DNA of 32,000 nucleotides from Okeania sp. (GTDB taxonomy: Bacteria > Cyanobacteriota > Cyanobacteriia > Cyanobacteriales > Microcoleaceae), in NCBI RefSeq assembly GCF_035285525.1, contig NZ_JAYKGW010000140.1, positions 1-32,000 of the forward strand, read 5' to 3'. The position numbers and the translations under genes were made by a program. The notes beneath the pieces were generated by a model, which made no database searches, was not told the DNA's origin, and saw nothing but the letters and a program-made list of their open reading frames with translations. Every line of letters begins with the position of its first letter. Positions within the stretch are counted from its first letter, which is position 1. Positions 8,088-18,943 of this stretch are shown in pieces.

Positions 8088-9118
8088 GTTCCTACTGGCA
8101 TTTTTAACCAATTTTTGGCAACCAATAATTCAGCTATTTGTACAGCATTCAAAGCAGCTCCTTTTTTGATCTGGTCTCCACTTAACCATAATTCTAACCC
8201 ACAAGGATGAGAAATATCTTGACGAATTCTCCCCACCAATACATCATCTTTACCACTTGCTTCTATTGGCATCGGGAAATAATTTTCTTGCCAATTTTCT
8301 ACCAGTTTCACACCTGGTGCTTGACTTAATATTTCCCGTGCTTTAACAACACTAAATGGTTCAGCAAATTCTAAATTAATTGCTTCTGAATGTGCCCTAA
8401 ATACTGGTACTCTAATACAAGTTGCTGTAATTCTCAGTTCATTAGAGCCAAAGATTTTTCTGGTTTCATTGAGCATTTTCATTTCTTCTTGACAATATCC
8501 TTGCTCATTCAGTTGGGTATTGTGTGGGAATAAATTAAATGCTAATGGATAAGGAAAAATATCTGTAGTTGGAGTTTTTCCATCTAATATTTCTTGAGCT
8601 TGAGTTCTCATTTCTGCCATTGCCCTTGCTCCTGCCCCACTTGCCGATTGATAAGTGGCCACCATTAATCTTTGGATTGGCTGGACTTGGTGTAATGGCC
8701 ATATTGCCACACTCATTAATATGGTTGTACAGTTAGGGTTAGCTATTATACCATTATGTGAAGCCGCTGCTTCTGGGTTTACTTCTGGGACTATCAGAGG
8801 CACTTCGGGGTCCATCCGAAAAGCACTGGAATTGTCAATAACTACAGCTCCAGCCTCGACTGCTTTTTTGGCCCATACTTTGGATGTAGATGCACCTGCT
8901 GATGCTAGCACTAAATCTACTTCTATAAATGAATCATCTGTTACGGCTTCTACTTGTAGGTTTTGTCCCTTAAATTTCAAAATTTTGCCTGCTGAACGTT
9001 CAGATGCCAGTAATTTTAATTCTGCTACTGGAAAGTTTCTAGTTTCTAGCAATTCTAGCAACTCTGTACCTACTGCACCAGTTACTCCTAATATTGCGAC
9101 TCTGTATGAATCTGACAA
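8075..9118 (-). CDS. asd: Aspartate-semialdehyde dehydrogenase.
   Basis: 347-aa ORF. It starts at TTG 9118, preceded by SD aaggagg about 8 nt upstream. It has a GVTGAVG Rossmann motif and the active-site context ANPNCTT. Confidence 0.93.
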   Translation of the reverse strand: MSDSYRVAILGVTGAVGTELLELLETRNFPVAELKLLASERSAGKILKFKGQNLQVEAVTDDSFIEVDLVLASAGASTSKVWAKKAVEAGAVVIDNSSAFRMDPEVPLIVPEVNPEAAASHNGIIANPNCTTILMSVAIWPLHQVQPIQRLMVATYQSASGAGARAMAEMRTQAQEILDGKTPTTDIFPYPLAFNLFPHNTQLNEQGYCQEEMKMLNETRKIFGSNELRITATCIRVPVFRAHSEAINLEFAEPFSVVKAREILSQAPGVKLVENWQENYFPMPIEASGKDDVLVGRIRQDISHPCGLELWLSGDQIKKGAALNAVQIAELLVAKNWLKMPVGTINN

Positions 9119-9336
9119 GTTATTTTCCTCCTTTTTTTACTATCTTAATTTTTTTATTAGTTACCATATCCAGCTAATATTTTCTTTTTACTGTTATTTT
9201 TGATAATGATTTACATAATATTTGTTATCTTAAATTATAGCAATTTCCATACTTTTGAGGTAGAAAATTATAGGTTTTAGGTAACAGCGAATCAGAATAT
9301 ATGTACCTTATTACTTTGAGAAACCCTATACATACA

Positions 9337-9490
9337 TGATAGTATATTATAATCTTTAAAAAAATTATGTTATTGGATTAACTTTTCTTCTTTATGTTTA
9401 TGGAATTAAAACTATGATGATAGTATATTATAATCTTTAAAAAGATTACATTATTGGATTAACTTTTCTTCTTTATGAAATTAAAACTAT
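9337..9490. repeat. Tandem duplication of approximately 78 bp x2 in the asd-tig spacer.
   Basis: atgatagtatattataatctttaaaaaRattaYRttattggattaacttttcttctttatg...gaattaaaactat occurs twice back to back, with a few substitutions and a small indel. Confidence 0.85.
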
Positions 9491-10210
9491 TTGATTAATA
9501 GACTAAAAAAGATATTTATTTTAAACCAACTTAGTCATAATGCAATTGAAGATAACTATATTAAGTGCCCGTCCAAAATTAATTTCCTATTTGATATAGA
9601 GAACAAGTAACAGATCAGGAACAACAGATAATCAACAAAATGTGTAATTAATTTGGCTGATACACTTAGTACCATTATAATTTTAATAAAATTTTTTATA
9701 TAGTTTTTTATCTATAATTTAACCAGAAACATTTTTCTGATCTCTATTCTAATAACTTAAGCATTCAGCTAATAGCTATTTGCACAGCATTCCCAAGGAA
9801 ATACTTACCCCTTAACAGTCATAATTGCCATTGAAAAAATCATTGATAATGATAACCATATGTAAAAAAAATAATTTTTAAGGCATAGTTATAATTTTTC
9901 AACCGACTTATTTATTTGATAAATTTTGACAATATAATACTTAGTCGTTATATACTAAACTACTATTCAATACCATTTTTATGTAAAATCTCAACTTAGT
10001 TCTGATTTATCAATAATCAGTAAGTGACAATAAAATTAAAAAAAATCCTAAATTTAAGTCATTACTAGCAGTTTTAGATGGATAATACACTAATCTAAAC
10101 AGACAACTGTTAGAAATTCTTGGGAAAACTTAACAATTTCCCCAGCCAAGGAATATTCGTATACCTTCATAAAAGAATCATAACTAATAATAACTAAATT
10201 AGCAAAAACG

Positions 10211-11668
10211 ATGAAAGTTACCCAGGAAAAGCTACCAGCTAGCCAAATCGGTCTAGAAATTGAGATTACAGCAGAAATGTCCAAGAATGCTTATGAGCAG
10301 ATAATTAAAAAATATACCCGTTCGGCTAATATTCCTGGGTTCAGAAAAGGTAAAGTCCCTCGAAACATATTGATCCAAAGGATGGGAAAAAATTATCTGA
10401 CGGCAATGGCCTTAGATGACTTAATCAATAATTGCTTAGAAAAAGTAAAAGAAAAAGAGGAAATCAGGCCAATAGGCCAATTTGAACTAAGCAAAGAGTT
10501 TGACGAACTGGTAAAAGATTTTGAACCAGGAAAAGAAATGATTTTCTCGGTCAAGGTAGATGTTGAGCCTGAGGCCAAGGTTGAAAATTATAAGGGATTA
10601 GTGGTTAAGGCTGAAGAGGCTAAGTATGACCCTGCCCAAGTAGATGAATTTCTAGAAGAACGTCGCTCTCAAATGGCAACCTTAATTCCTGTAGAAGAAA
10701 GACCTGCTCAGTTGGGAGATGTGGCCATAGTTGATTTTGTTGGTGTAATTCCATCAGAAACGGAAGGGGAAGAACCGAAAGAAGTTCCTGGTGGTAAGGC
10801 TCAAGATTTCCAAATGGATTTAAAGGAAGGACAATTTATTCCTGGCTTTATTGAGGGAATAGTAGGGATGAAGCCAGACGAAACTAAGGAAATTTCTGCA
10901 CAGTTTCCTCCAGAATATAGTGAAAAGGATTTAGCTGGCAAACCAGCAGTATTTACTGTAACTCTGAAAGAACTGAAAGAAAAGGAATTACCAGAATTAG
11001 ATGATGATTTGGCTCAAGAAATTAGTGAGTTTGAAACAATAGCTGCATTACGGGAGTTCTTGGAGAAAAGATATACTAAGGAAAAAGAGGAAAAAACAAA
11101 GCAAAACAAGGAAATAGCTATTGTAGAAGAGCTGGTGACTCATTTGGAAGTAGAAATTCCAGAAACTTTAATTAAAAATGAAGTTCAGCAAATGTTAGCT
11201 CAAAGTGCGATGGAGTTGAGTCAGTATGGAATAGATGTCAAAGAATTTTTTCAGAGTGATACATTGCCAGAAATGCAAGAGCGTTCTAGACCAGATGCGA
11301 TTAAACGGTTGAGAAGAGATTTAGCTATAGCTACAGTGGCCAAACAAGAGTCTATTACGGTGGACGAGGCAGAAATAGCAGCAGAATCAGCTAAGGTAAT
11401 GGAACAACTTAAAGGAAAGGATGTTGACCCAGGTAGGTTAAGACAAGTAGTTACTGAGGACTTGTTAAAGGAAAAAACTATCAAATGGTTAGAGGAAAAT
11501 GGTACTGTAGAATTAGTACCTGAAGGAACTTTAGATACAAAGTCGGAAACTTCTGAAGAGATAGAAGTGGAAACTCAGGTAGTATCAGAAATACCTACAG
11601 CTAGCGAAACTATTCTAGAAGTAGAAGCAGAGCAGGTAACTACGGTCGAAAGTTCTCAGGAGAAATAG
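10211..11668 (+). CDS. tig: Trigger factor.
   Basis: 485-aa ORF with the ribosome-binding signature GFRKGKVP and an FKBP-type middle domain. It lies directly upstream of clpP-clpX. Confidence 0.95.
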   Translation: MKVTQEKLPASQIGLEIEITAEMSKNAYEQIIKKYTRSANIPGFRKGKVPRNILIQRMGKNYLTAMALDDLINNCLEKVKEKEEIRPIGQFELSKEFDELVKDFEPGKEMIFSVKVDVEPEAKVENYKGLVVKAEEAKYDPAQVDEFLEERRSQMATLIPVEERPAQLGDVAIVDFVGVIPSETEGEEPKEVPGGKAQDFQMDLKEGQFIPGFIEGIVGMKPDETKEISAQFPPEYSEKDLAGKPAVFTVTLKELKEKELPELDDDLAQEISEFETIAALREFLEKRYTKEKEEKTKQNKEIAIVEELVTHLEVEIPETLIKNEVQQMLAQSAMELSQYGIDVKEFFQSDTLPEMQERSRPDAIKRLRRDLAIATVAKQESITVDEAEIAAESAKVMEQLKGKDVDPGRLRQVVTEDLLKEKTIKWLEENGTVELVPEGTLDTKSETSEEIEVETQVVSEIPTASETILEVEAEQVTTVESSQEK

Positions 11669-11839
11669 GAAAATAATCCTGTAGAATTAGTCCCTGAAGG
11701 AACTTTAGGTAGAGAATCAGAAAGTTCTGAAAATATAGAATAAGTAGAAGCTCAAGTAGAGTCACAAATATCTCAAGCTACTGAAACTACTGAACCAGAA
11801 CAAGTAACTACGGTCGAAAGTTCTCAGGATCAAGAGTAA
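11669..11839 (+). pseudogene. Degenerate in-frame tandem duplicate of the last approximately 58 codons of tig.
   Basis: Immediately after the tig TAG the same frame reads ENNPVELVPEGTLGRESESSENIE*VEAQVESQISQATETTEPEQVTTVESSQDQE*. The tig tail reads ENGTVELVPEGTLDTKSETSEEIEVETQVVSEIPTASETILEVEAEQVTTVESSQEK*. Confidence 0.85.
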
Positions 11840-11958
11840 ATTGACAATAGTCCGGTTAATCGGCTACCAAGATTAGTTAAGATCGGGCATAATGTTAACT
11901 GACTCAGAATATACTGACTGAGCAAAAAATATAAAATTGGTAAACAAACCAGCATATT

Positions 11959-12648
11959 ATGGTTATATCTCAATATTCTGATAATCTAATTAGTAGTTAT
12001 AACAAATTAAAAATCTACTCCGGTCTTAGTAACAACATTGTGCCAATGGTTGTCGAACAATCTGGCATGGGAGAAAGAGCTTTTGACCTCTACTCACGAC
12101 TGCTCCGGGAAAGAATAATTTTTCTTGGTACTCAAGTAGACGATAATTTGGCAAATACTATCACAGCCCAAATGTTATTCCTAGATGCTGAAGATCCAGA
12201 AAAAGATATACAATTATATATCAACTCTCCTGGAGGCTCAGTTACTGCTGGAATGGCTATATACGATACCATGCAACAGGTACGAGCTGATGTAGTAACA
12301 ATATGCTATGGTTTAGCCGCAAGTATGGGGGCTTTTCTTTTATCTGGTGGGGCAAAAGGTAAGAGAATGTCCCTTCCTAGTTCGAGAATTATGATTCACC
12401 AACCTTTAGGTGGGGCTCAAGGTCAAGCTGTAGATATTGAGATTCAAGCTAAGGAAATCCTGTATCATAAAGGTAAGCTAAATCAATTATTAGCAGAACA
12501 TACAGGTCAACCTCTAGAAAGAATAGAGATTGATACGGAGCGGGACTTTTTTATGTCCGCCGAAGAGGCTAAAGAATATGGCCTGATAGATCAAGTGATA
12601 ACTAGACAGAATCTTCCTGTACCAGGAGAGTCTGTCCCTGCAATGTAA
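11959..12648 (+). CDS. clpP: ATP-dependent Clp protease proteolytic subunit.
   Basis: 229-aa ORF with the catalytic Ser context GLAASMGAF and His context MIHQP. An N-terminal extension before [10 protein letters not shown] occurs in the clpX-linked cyanobacterial paralog as I recall it. An alternative ATG at 12046 cannot be excluded. Confidence 0.92.
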   Translation: MVISQYSDNLISSYNKLKIYSGLSNNIVPMVVEQSGMGERAFDLYSRLLRERIIFLGTQVDDNLANTITAQMLFLDAEDPEKDIQLYINSPGGSVTAGMAIYDTMQQVRADVVTICYGLAASMGAFLLSGGAKGKRMSLPSSRIMIHQPLGGAQGQAVDIEIQAKEILYHKGKLNQLLAEHTGQPLERIEIDTERDFFMSAEEAKEYGLIDQVITRQNLPVPGESVPAM

Positions 12649-12660
12649 GAAGAGGCAGTT

Positions 12661-14010
12661 ATGTCTAAATACGACTCCCATCTAAAATGTTCATTTTGTG
12701 GCAAGTCTCAAGAACAGGTCCGGAAATTAATAGCTGGACCTGGGGTTTATATATGCGATGAATGTGTAGAGTTGTGCAATGAAATTTTAGATGAGGAGCT
12801 TTTTGACTCCAATAATAAAGGAACACAACCTCCAGCTCCACGTCCAGCACCTGCACCCTCAAAACGAGGGACTGGTGCTAAGAGGTTGTCTGTTAATGAA
12901 ATTCCTAAACCTAGAGAAATCAAGGATTATCTGGATGCTCATGTGATTGGGCAGGAGGAAGGTAAGAAGGTTTTGTCGGTGGCGGTTTATAATCACTATA
13001 AACGTCTGAGTTTTCTGGAAGCTAAAAAAAATGGTAAGTCGGCTCCAGATGAGGTGGAGTTACAAAAGTCTAATATTTTGTTGATTGGACCGACTGGTTG
13101 CGGTAAGACTTTATTGGCTCAAACTTTGGCGGAGTTATTGGATGTGCCTTTTGCGGTGGCAGATGCGACGACTTTGACGGAAGCTGGATATGTTGGGGAG
13201 GATGTGGAGAATATTTTGCTACGACTTTTGCAAGTGGCAGATTTAAATGTGGATGAAGCCCAACGGGGGATTGTATATATTGATGAGATTGATAAAATAG
13301 CTCGCAAGAGTGAGAATCCTTCTATTACGAGGGATGTTTCTGGAGAGGGTGTCCAGCAAGCTTTGTTGAAAATGTTGGAGGGTACTGTGGCCAATGTTCC
13401 TCCGCAAGGTGGCAGGAAGCATCCTTATCAAGATTGTATTCAAATTGATACGAGTAATATTTTATTTATTTGTGGTGGGGCTTTTGTTGGTTTGGAAAAA
13501 ATTGTAGATCAGAGAATTGGTAAAAAGTCAATGGGCTTTATTCAGCAAGTGCCAGAAGATGATCGGGTCAAGGAGAAAAAGGTGGTAGATTTGGTGAAGC
13601 AAATGGAGCCGAATGATTTGGTGAAGTTTGGTTTGATTCCTGAGTTGATTGGACGAATACCTGTTTTGGCGGTGGTTGAACCTCTGGATGAGGACACTTT
13701 GATGGCTATTTTGACGGAACCTCAAAATGCTCTGGCAAAGCAGTATCAAAAGTTGTTGCGGATGGATGATGTCAAGTTGGAGTTTGAGGAGGAGGCGATC
13801 CGGGCGATCGCTAAGGAGGCTTTTAGGAGAAAGACTGGGGCGAGGGCGCTACGGGGTATTGTGGAGGAGTTGATGCTGGATGTGATGTATGAGTTACCGT
13901 CCCGGAAGGATGTGACTTGTTGTACTATTACTAAGGAGATGGTGGAGAAGCGGTCAACTGCTGAGTTATTGCTACATCCTTCCTCTTTACCTAAGCCTGA
14001 GTCTGCTTAA
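12661..14010 (+). CDS. clpX: ATP-dependent Clp protease ATP-binding subunit ClpX.
   Basis: 449-aa ORF with the N-terminal zinc finger CSFCGK...CDEC and Walker A GPTGCGKT. It starts 12 nt after clpP. Confidence 0.96.
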   Translation: MSKYDSHLKCSFCGKSQEQVRKLIAGPGVYICDECVELCNEILDEELFDSNNKGTQPPAPRPAPAPSKRGTGAKRLSVNEIPKPREIKDYLDAHVIGQEEGKKVLSVAVYNHYKRLSFLEAKKNGKSAPDEVELQKSNILLIGPTGCGKTLLAQTLAELLDVPFAVADATTLTEAGYVGEDVENILLRLLQVADLNVDEAQRGIVYIDEIDKIARKSENPSITRDVSGEGVQQALLKMLEGTVANVPPQGGRKHPYQDCIQIDTSNILFICGGAFVGLEKIVDQRIGKKSMGFIQQVPEDDRVKEKKVVDLVKQMEPNDLVKFGLIPELIGRIPVLAVVEPLDEDTLMAILTEPQNALAKQYQKLLRMDDVKLEFEEEAIRAIAKEAFRRKTGARALRGIVEELMLDVMYELPSRKDVTCCTITKEMVEKRSTAELLLHPSSLPKPESA

Positions 14011-14432
14011 TTTTTTCTTAGGTTCAAGTATTTGGATAAAGGTTTTATGTTTGTATAGAACTGAAATATAATCATTTCTTTTTTATTGATTAAAAAGTCA
14101 TGCATAGGGACGAGCAAAGCCCAGTGATTAGACATTAACATAATTTAATTTCGGATGCAAGGGGAATATCTTTATTTAGGGCTGATTTTTTTTGGAGCTT
14201 CACAGAATGCAGATAAGGTTTTAACCTTTTTTGGATAAAAAAAGTACCAGCTTTAGGTTGCTCAGATACGGCTCCCGAACAATCAAAAAGTTAGAATTTT
14301 GGGTAAGAGTTGAGTAAGAAAATTACTCCCCCTGACCCTATCTCCTTCCTTATACAGACTTTTGAGCGCCAACCCTATAAGCTAAATGAGTCAAAGCTAA
14401 TCTCTGTTTCAAAGATTAGTCAATTCTAATTT

Positions 14433-15740
14433 CTAATTACCAAAAACCCGACTACCGATATCTCGACGATAGTACATTCCCTCAAATTGAATATAATTTA
14501 CTGCATCATAAGCTTTTGCTCTAGCTTCAGCAAAATTCTCTCCTACTGCTGTTACTCCCAAAACACGACCACCATCAGTAATTAAATTTTCTCCCTGGAA
14601 TTTTGTTCCAGCATGAAATATAGTTACTCCAGTAGCTTCGGCTTTTTCTATCCCAGAAATTATTTTACCTTTCTCATAACTTCCTGGATAACCCCCAGAA
14701 GCTAAAACTACACATACCGCTACTCCTGGTTTCCATTTAATAGGAGGCAACTGAGCCAAACGTTGCTCACAACAAGCTAATAATAATTCCTCCAATGGAG
14801 TTTCCAACAGATAGAGAATAGGTTGAGTTTCTGGGTCGCCGAATCTACAGTTAAATTCTAATACTTTTGGTTCTCCAGTCGGACTAATCATTAATCCAGC
14901 ATAAATCACACCTCGGTAATCGATACCACGTTTTTGTAAATTCGTCAAAGTTGGTTCTAGGACTTGTTGTTGAATGGAGTCCATGAGTTCTGGGGTGACA
15001 ATAGGAGTAGGAGCATAAGCCCCCATTCCTCCGGTGTTAGGTCCTGTGTCTGCTTCTCCTACTTGTTTATGATCTTGAGCTGGTAACAGGGGACGAATAG
15101 TTAGTCCATCGGTGAGGGCTAATACTGATACTTCTTGACCTGTGAGCAACTCTTCTATTACCACAAATTGGTTATTTTTGTCAAGTTCTGCTTGTATCCC
15201 GCCTGGCACTCCTTTGGAAGGGGGGAACTGGAAAATAGCATCTATGGCATTATGAGCCATTTCGACTGTAGTGGCGATGGTGACTCCTTTTCCTGCTGCT
15301 AGACCATCGGCTTTAATTACTATGGGAGTTGTTGTAATGTATTCTTTGGCGGTTTCAGCACTGGTAAAGGTGGCTGATTTGGCTGTGGGAATATTTGCTT
15401 CGGCCATGAAGTCTTTAGCCCAAGATTTGCTGGCTTCGAGAATGGCGCCTGCTTTGGTAGGGCCGAATATTCTGAGGTTGGGTTGTTGTAGGTAGTCGGT
15501 GATACCGAGGGCGAGGGGTACTTCGGGACCGACAACTACTAGAGAGATATTTTGGTCATTGATGAGTTGTTTGAGTGCTGGAAAGTCTGTGACTGGGATG
15601 GGGATATTTTGACATTTTTCCTGGGTGGTAATACCTCCGTTTCCAGGGGTACAAAATATTTGTTGAACTTGGGGAGAGTGGGATAGTTTTTTGGCGATCG
15701 CGTGTTCTCTACCGCCGTTACCTATTATTAATATTTTCAT
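14433..15740 (-). CDS. purD: Phosphoribosylamine--glycine ligase.
   Basis: 435-aa ORF starting MKILIIGNGGREHA, with ATP-grasp architecture. Confidence 0.94.
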   Translation of the reverse strand: MKILIIGNGGREHAIAKKLSHSPQVQQIFCTPGNGGITTQEKCQNIPIPVTDFPALKQLINDQNISLVVVGPEVPLALGITDYLQQPNLRIFGPTKAGAILEASKSWAKDFMAEANIPTAKSATFTSAETAKEYITTTPIVIKADGLAAGKGVTIATTVEMAHNAIDAIFQFPPSKGVPGGIQAELDKNNQFVVIEELLTGQEVSVLALTDGLTIRPLLPAQDHKQVGEADTGPNTGGMGAYAPTPIVTPELMDSIQQQVLEPTLTNLQKRGIDYRGVIYAGLMISPTGEPKVLEFNCRFGDPETQPILYLLETPLEELLLACCEQRLAQLPPIKWKPGVAVCVVLASGGYPGSYEKGKIISGIEKAEATGVTIFHAGTKFQGENLITDGGRVLGVTAVGENFAEARAKAYDAVNYIQFEGMYYRRDIGSRVFGN

Positions 15741-15960
15741 AAGTTAGGAAGGAAGAAGTAAGAAGGAAGAAGTAAAGATATTCTATACTAAATCTGGTTA
15801 TAAATATCTATAGTAACCCACTGTGCAACTTTCTACGAAAGTACAACTGCTTACTGCCATAAAGCTGAAAAGGTTATTTTTAGAACTATCTAAATTTCGT
15901 AAGTTAGAAAAAATTGCACATGGCAGATAGTAATCTTAAATTATAATATTTTATCGTCGG

Positions 15961-16000
15961 TGTTTGGCTTCCAAATCCCATTTTGTTTTGGGTTTGGAGA
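15961..16000. repeat. Dispersed repeat gtttggcttccaaatcccattttg...gggtttgga.
   Basis: It matches the reverse complement of 18762-18800. A weaker relative lies at 25498-25525. Confidence 0.7.
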
Positions 16001-16429
16001 GCAAATTTCTACAGTTTTTTTTACAAGTTACTATATGTTATGCTTCACTTTACAACTAATCTAATAATAACCAGATTTGGTATTTGTTATCAAGAGGATA
16101 AAGTTAAATTTTAAATAATACAGTATAAAAGTATTATTAAAAATTCAGGATAGGTAGCTATACTCATTTTAGTTTAGACTGAGACAAAAATTTATTACTG
16201 TCAAAGGATTTAAACTAAAAAAATGTTTTTTTCTTATTTAAAATGACTATAAGTTGATATGTTGATTAATGGATAATGAATCATTACCTCTGGTTAAATC
16301 ATCTAAGTTTTAACCAAGTTCGGAAATCTTATTTCTTTTTTATCCTTAAAAGGAGAGGTTTTAAATCTCTGAGGATTAATTATTAATTATTGGTTGGTAA
16401 AGGTTGTTTGTTGAGATGAGTTGGTTAAT

Positions 16430-16837
16430 ATGAGTAATAATTTTGAATTACTTAACAGTAATGATGATATTTTGTTATTTGATCAACATACATTTATAGT
16501 AGGAAGATTTAGGGAGCTATGTTTTGAGGAAGTAAGAAGAAGAATTTATTTAACACAGGATAAGTCTATGGTTATTTTTAACCAACTAGATAGATGGCTT
16601 AACATTAGTAATGGACTGTCTATGTATTTTAATAGTAGAAAATGGGAATCAATGACTGAAGAAATAGAATGCAAATTTCTAAAAATTGGTGATAGTTGTT
16701 GGCGTCAAGGTAAACTTAGAATGAAAAATTATGTTGATTTTTTGCCAGAAGAGTATAGAAAGTATAAATATAATTATCGGTCATTTCAGTATCGGAAAGA
16801 TAAGATTAAAATAGAACTAGAATTTTCCCAGATTTAA
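16430..16837 (+). CDS. Small hypothetical protein, possibly a KGK-domain family member (cyanobacteria-specific).
   Basis: The ORF track starts at TTG 16421, but ATG 16430 (MSNNFELL) is more likely. NSNDDILLFDQHTFIVGRFRELC and GDSCWRQGKLRMK resemble my recollection of KGK-domain proteins. This assignment is from memory only. Confidence 0.45.
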   Translation: MSNNFELLNSNDDILLFDQHTFIVGRFRELCFEEVRRRIYLTQDKSMVIFNQLDRWLNISNGLSMYFNSRKWESMTEEIECKFLKIGDSCWRQGKLRMKNYVDFLPEEYRKYKYNYRSFQYRKDKIKIELEFSQI

Positions 16838-16886
16838 CTATTGAATAGGAATCACTATTGGATGATATTCGCTGTTAGTGAAAGAT

Positions 16887-17024
16887 TATAACAATCCTAA
16901 ATAGGTTGTAAAAAATCAAAAACTAGAAATAAATTCTCAAACTCTTACCGATTGGCTATTGCCGATTACCTATTCCCGAAAAAAGGCAAGACTTTTGACA
17001 CGGATAAAATAAGATTACTATATA
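16887..17024. mobile_element. MITE-like element of the TATAGCAATCC family (138 bp).
   Basis: The left end is tataacaatcctaaataggttgtaa and the right end is aaaataagattactatata, an imperfect inverted repeat. Paralogs lie at 18944-19066 and 19185-19434. Confidence 0.65.
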
Positions 17025-17114
17025 ACAAAAACTTAAAATTTCCTTTCTTGTAGGGATATTAGCATTTTTGTTATGCAACCTCCCTACCATTTGTAAAAAC
17101 ATTCATTAAACTTC

Positions 17115-18299
17115 CTATAACTCATTAGCAACTGCTCGAAATAAAGCAATTGTTTCTACATCATCAATACTTCTATAAATCTTATTACCAGAACCTGTTT
17201 TTACTCCAACAAAATTCTTTTCGGGATTAATATAAAGATATTGCCCCCAAGCTCCAGTGGCACAATAATCACCTTTTGAACCTTCAGGAATCCACCAATG
17301 ATATTGATAACCCCACCTAAAATAACTTTCGTCTGTTGCTCCTGGTTTTAAGTGAGGAATATCGGGTATTGTTGATTCTTTTATCCAACTTTTAGGGATA
17401 ATTTGTTGTCCGTTAAAATATCCATTATGTAGATAAATTAAACCGAATTTTGCATAATCTCTCAAAGTACAATTCATCCCACAAAAAGTTACCTCAGTTC
17501 CATAATTATCTGTTAACCAATAAGCATCTGATTCTGCTCCCATTGGTTGCCATATTTTCTTCTCTAAATAAGTAACAATATTTTGTCCTGTGGTTCGCTT
17601 TAATAATAAACTTAATATCTGACTATTTAAACCCATGTATTCAAAAAATTTTCCTGATTTACGTTGAGAAGGATAATTTAAAACTGCTTTTTCCATTGGC
17701 TGCATATAAAGAAATAATTTATATAAAAGTTGATAAATATCTGTATTTTGATGACCAAAATCTTCAGTAAATTTGACACCAGATTGCATCTGCAAAATAT
17801 GTTTAATTGGTACGTTGTTATAACCAGATACTTTCAATTCTGGCATATATTTAGTAATCGGGTCATCTATACTTTCGATGTAATTATCTTTTAAGGCAAT
17901 TCCTATCAAAGCAGAAATAAAAGCTTTGGCTACTGACCAAGATGTAATTTTATTGGTCTTTGTATAATCTTGAAAGTATTTTTCATAGATAATTATATCA
18001 TTTTTTACTAATAGAAATCCAGTCGTTTTTAAACGCTGCAAAAATTCTGACATTTTTCTAGTTTCACCCTGGAAATTATAAGATACATTTAAGTCGATCA
18101 AGTTTTCCTCAAATTGATATTTTTTTTGAGCACTATAAATAATTGTGCTGGTAAAAACACGATTCATATTACGAAAGTTTATCGCTCTTTTATTGTCGTC
18201 AAACAAAGTAAATTTTGGTTCAAAATAAAATTTCCAGAGCATTAAAATTATGGTAACTAGAGGTAGAGTAAAAATGACTATAAATTTGATAATTTTCAT
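17115..18299 (-). CDS. Beta-lactamase-family serine hydrolase (class C / esterase-like) with an N-terminal membrane anchor.
   Basis: 394-aa ORF starting at ATG, with a hydrophobic N-terminus. The S-x-x-K motif is in TSWSVAKAF. Length and overall pattern are typical of the beta-lactamase (PBP-like) fold family. Confidence 0.8.
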   Translation of the reverse strand: MKIIKFIVIFTLPLVTIILMLWKFYFEPKFTLFDDNKRAINFRNMNRVFTSTIIYSAQKKYQFEENLIDLNVSYNFQGETRKMSEFLQRLKTTGFLLVKNDIIIYEKYFQDYTKTNKITSWSVAKAFISALIGIALKDNYIESIDDPITKYMPELKVSGYNNVPIKHILQMQSGVKFTEDFGHQNTDIYQLLYKLFLYMQPMEKAVLNYPSQRKSGKFFEYMGLNSQILSLLLKRTTGQNIVTYLEKKIWQPMGAESDAYWLTDNYGTEVTFCGMNCTLRDYAKFGLIYLHNGYFNGQQIIPKSWIKESTIPDIPHLKPGATDESYFRWGYQYHWWIPEGSKGDYCATGAWGQYLYINPEKNFVGVKTGSGNKIYRSIDDVETIALFRAVANEL

Positions 18300-18761
18300 G
18301 GTTATTATTGAAATAGTAGATAGGTACTAATCCGGTTCATTTTATCATCTGAAAATAAAATTTTCTAGATGTTATTTCAGTTATTGGTTAACAGTAGTTA
18401 TGGCTAAAGTTATAGTTTAAAATTGAGATTTTATTGCTGGAAAATTCTCATGCTAAAGCATTTATAGCAGGGGTGCATCTCAATTTTGAATAAACACAAA
18501 AACTTATTGCTTTTAGGGAACACTTAACTGGGAACAGGGGAGAGCTATACAAGAAATAAGTATGGAGGAAAAAAGTATTTTTGCAAATATTTAAGATGCG
18601 CCCTATGGCAGATTCAATTTTGGTAAGGTACACCCACCGGAGCTTTTTGGCTCGCACTGAGAATATTTAATTATTAAATCTGTAGTTTTTATGCTTGGAA
18701 TTTGCTGTATATTTTTATAGCAAATCTAAATTATTTGGGAAAAAAAGTGTAGGGGTTGAGT

Positions 18762-18800
18762 TTCTAAACCCTAGCCAAAATGGGATTTGGAAACCAAACA
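18762..18800. repeat. Inverted-orientation copy of the repeat at 15961-16000.
   Basis: The reverse complement reads tgtttggtttccaaatcccattttggctagggtttagaa. Confidence 0.7.
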
Positions 18801-18943
18801 TATACCATAAAATGTTACCATCTCTAAGATTGCTATATAAAAAAATATTAAATAGTAACAAGCACTAGAATTAGTTGGTACTTAGTCAGCAGGCTTTTTT
18901 AATAAAAAACCTGAATCTATATTTACATATCGTTTGAAAAAAA

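Noticed and set aside
8655-9203. 182-aa plus-strand ORF
   Set aside because: It is antisense to asd and has no motifs.
9119-10210. Possible hidden gene or RNA in the 1.1-kb asd-tig spacer
   Set aside because: I found no ORF with a credible start or SD and no recognisable RNA structure. The content is AT-rich repeats, so I reported only the tandem duplication.
10090-11484. Minus-strand ORFs 10090-10284, 10393-10578 and 11251-11484
   Set aside because: They are shadow ORFs opposite tig or its leader.
12665-13749. Minus-strand ORFs inside clpX
   Set aside because: They are shadow ORFs opposite a confidently identified gene.
15271-15535. ORFs 15271-15495 (+) and 15320-15535 (-)
   Set aside because: They overlap purD, either out of frame or antisense.
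18448-18657. 69-aa minus-strand ORF
   Set aside because: It lies within dispersed-repeat sequence (the gggaacacttaactgggaacag block), has no SD and has no family resemblance.
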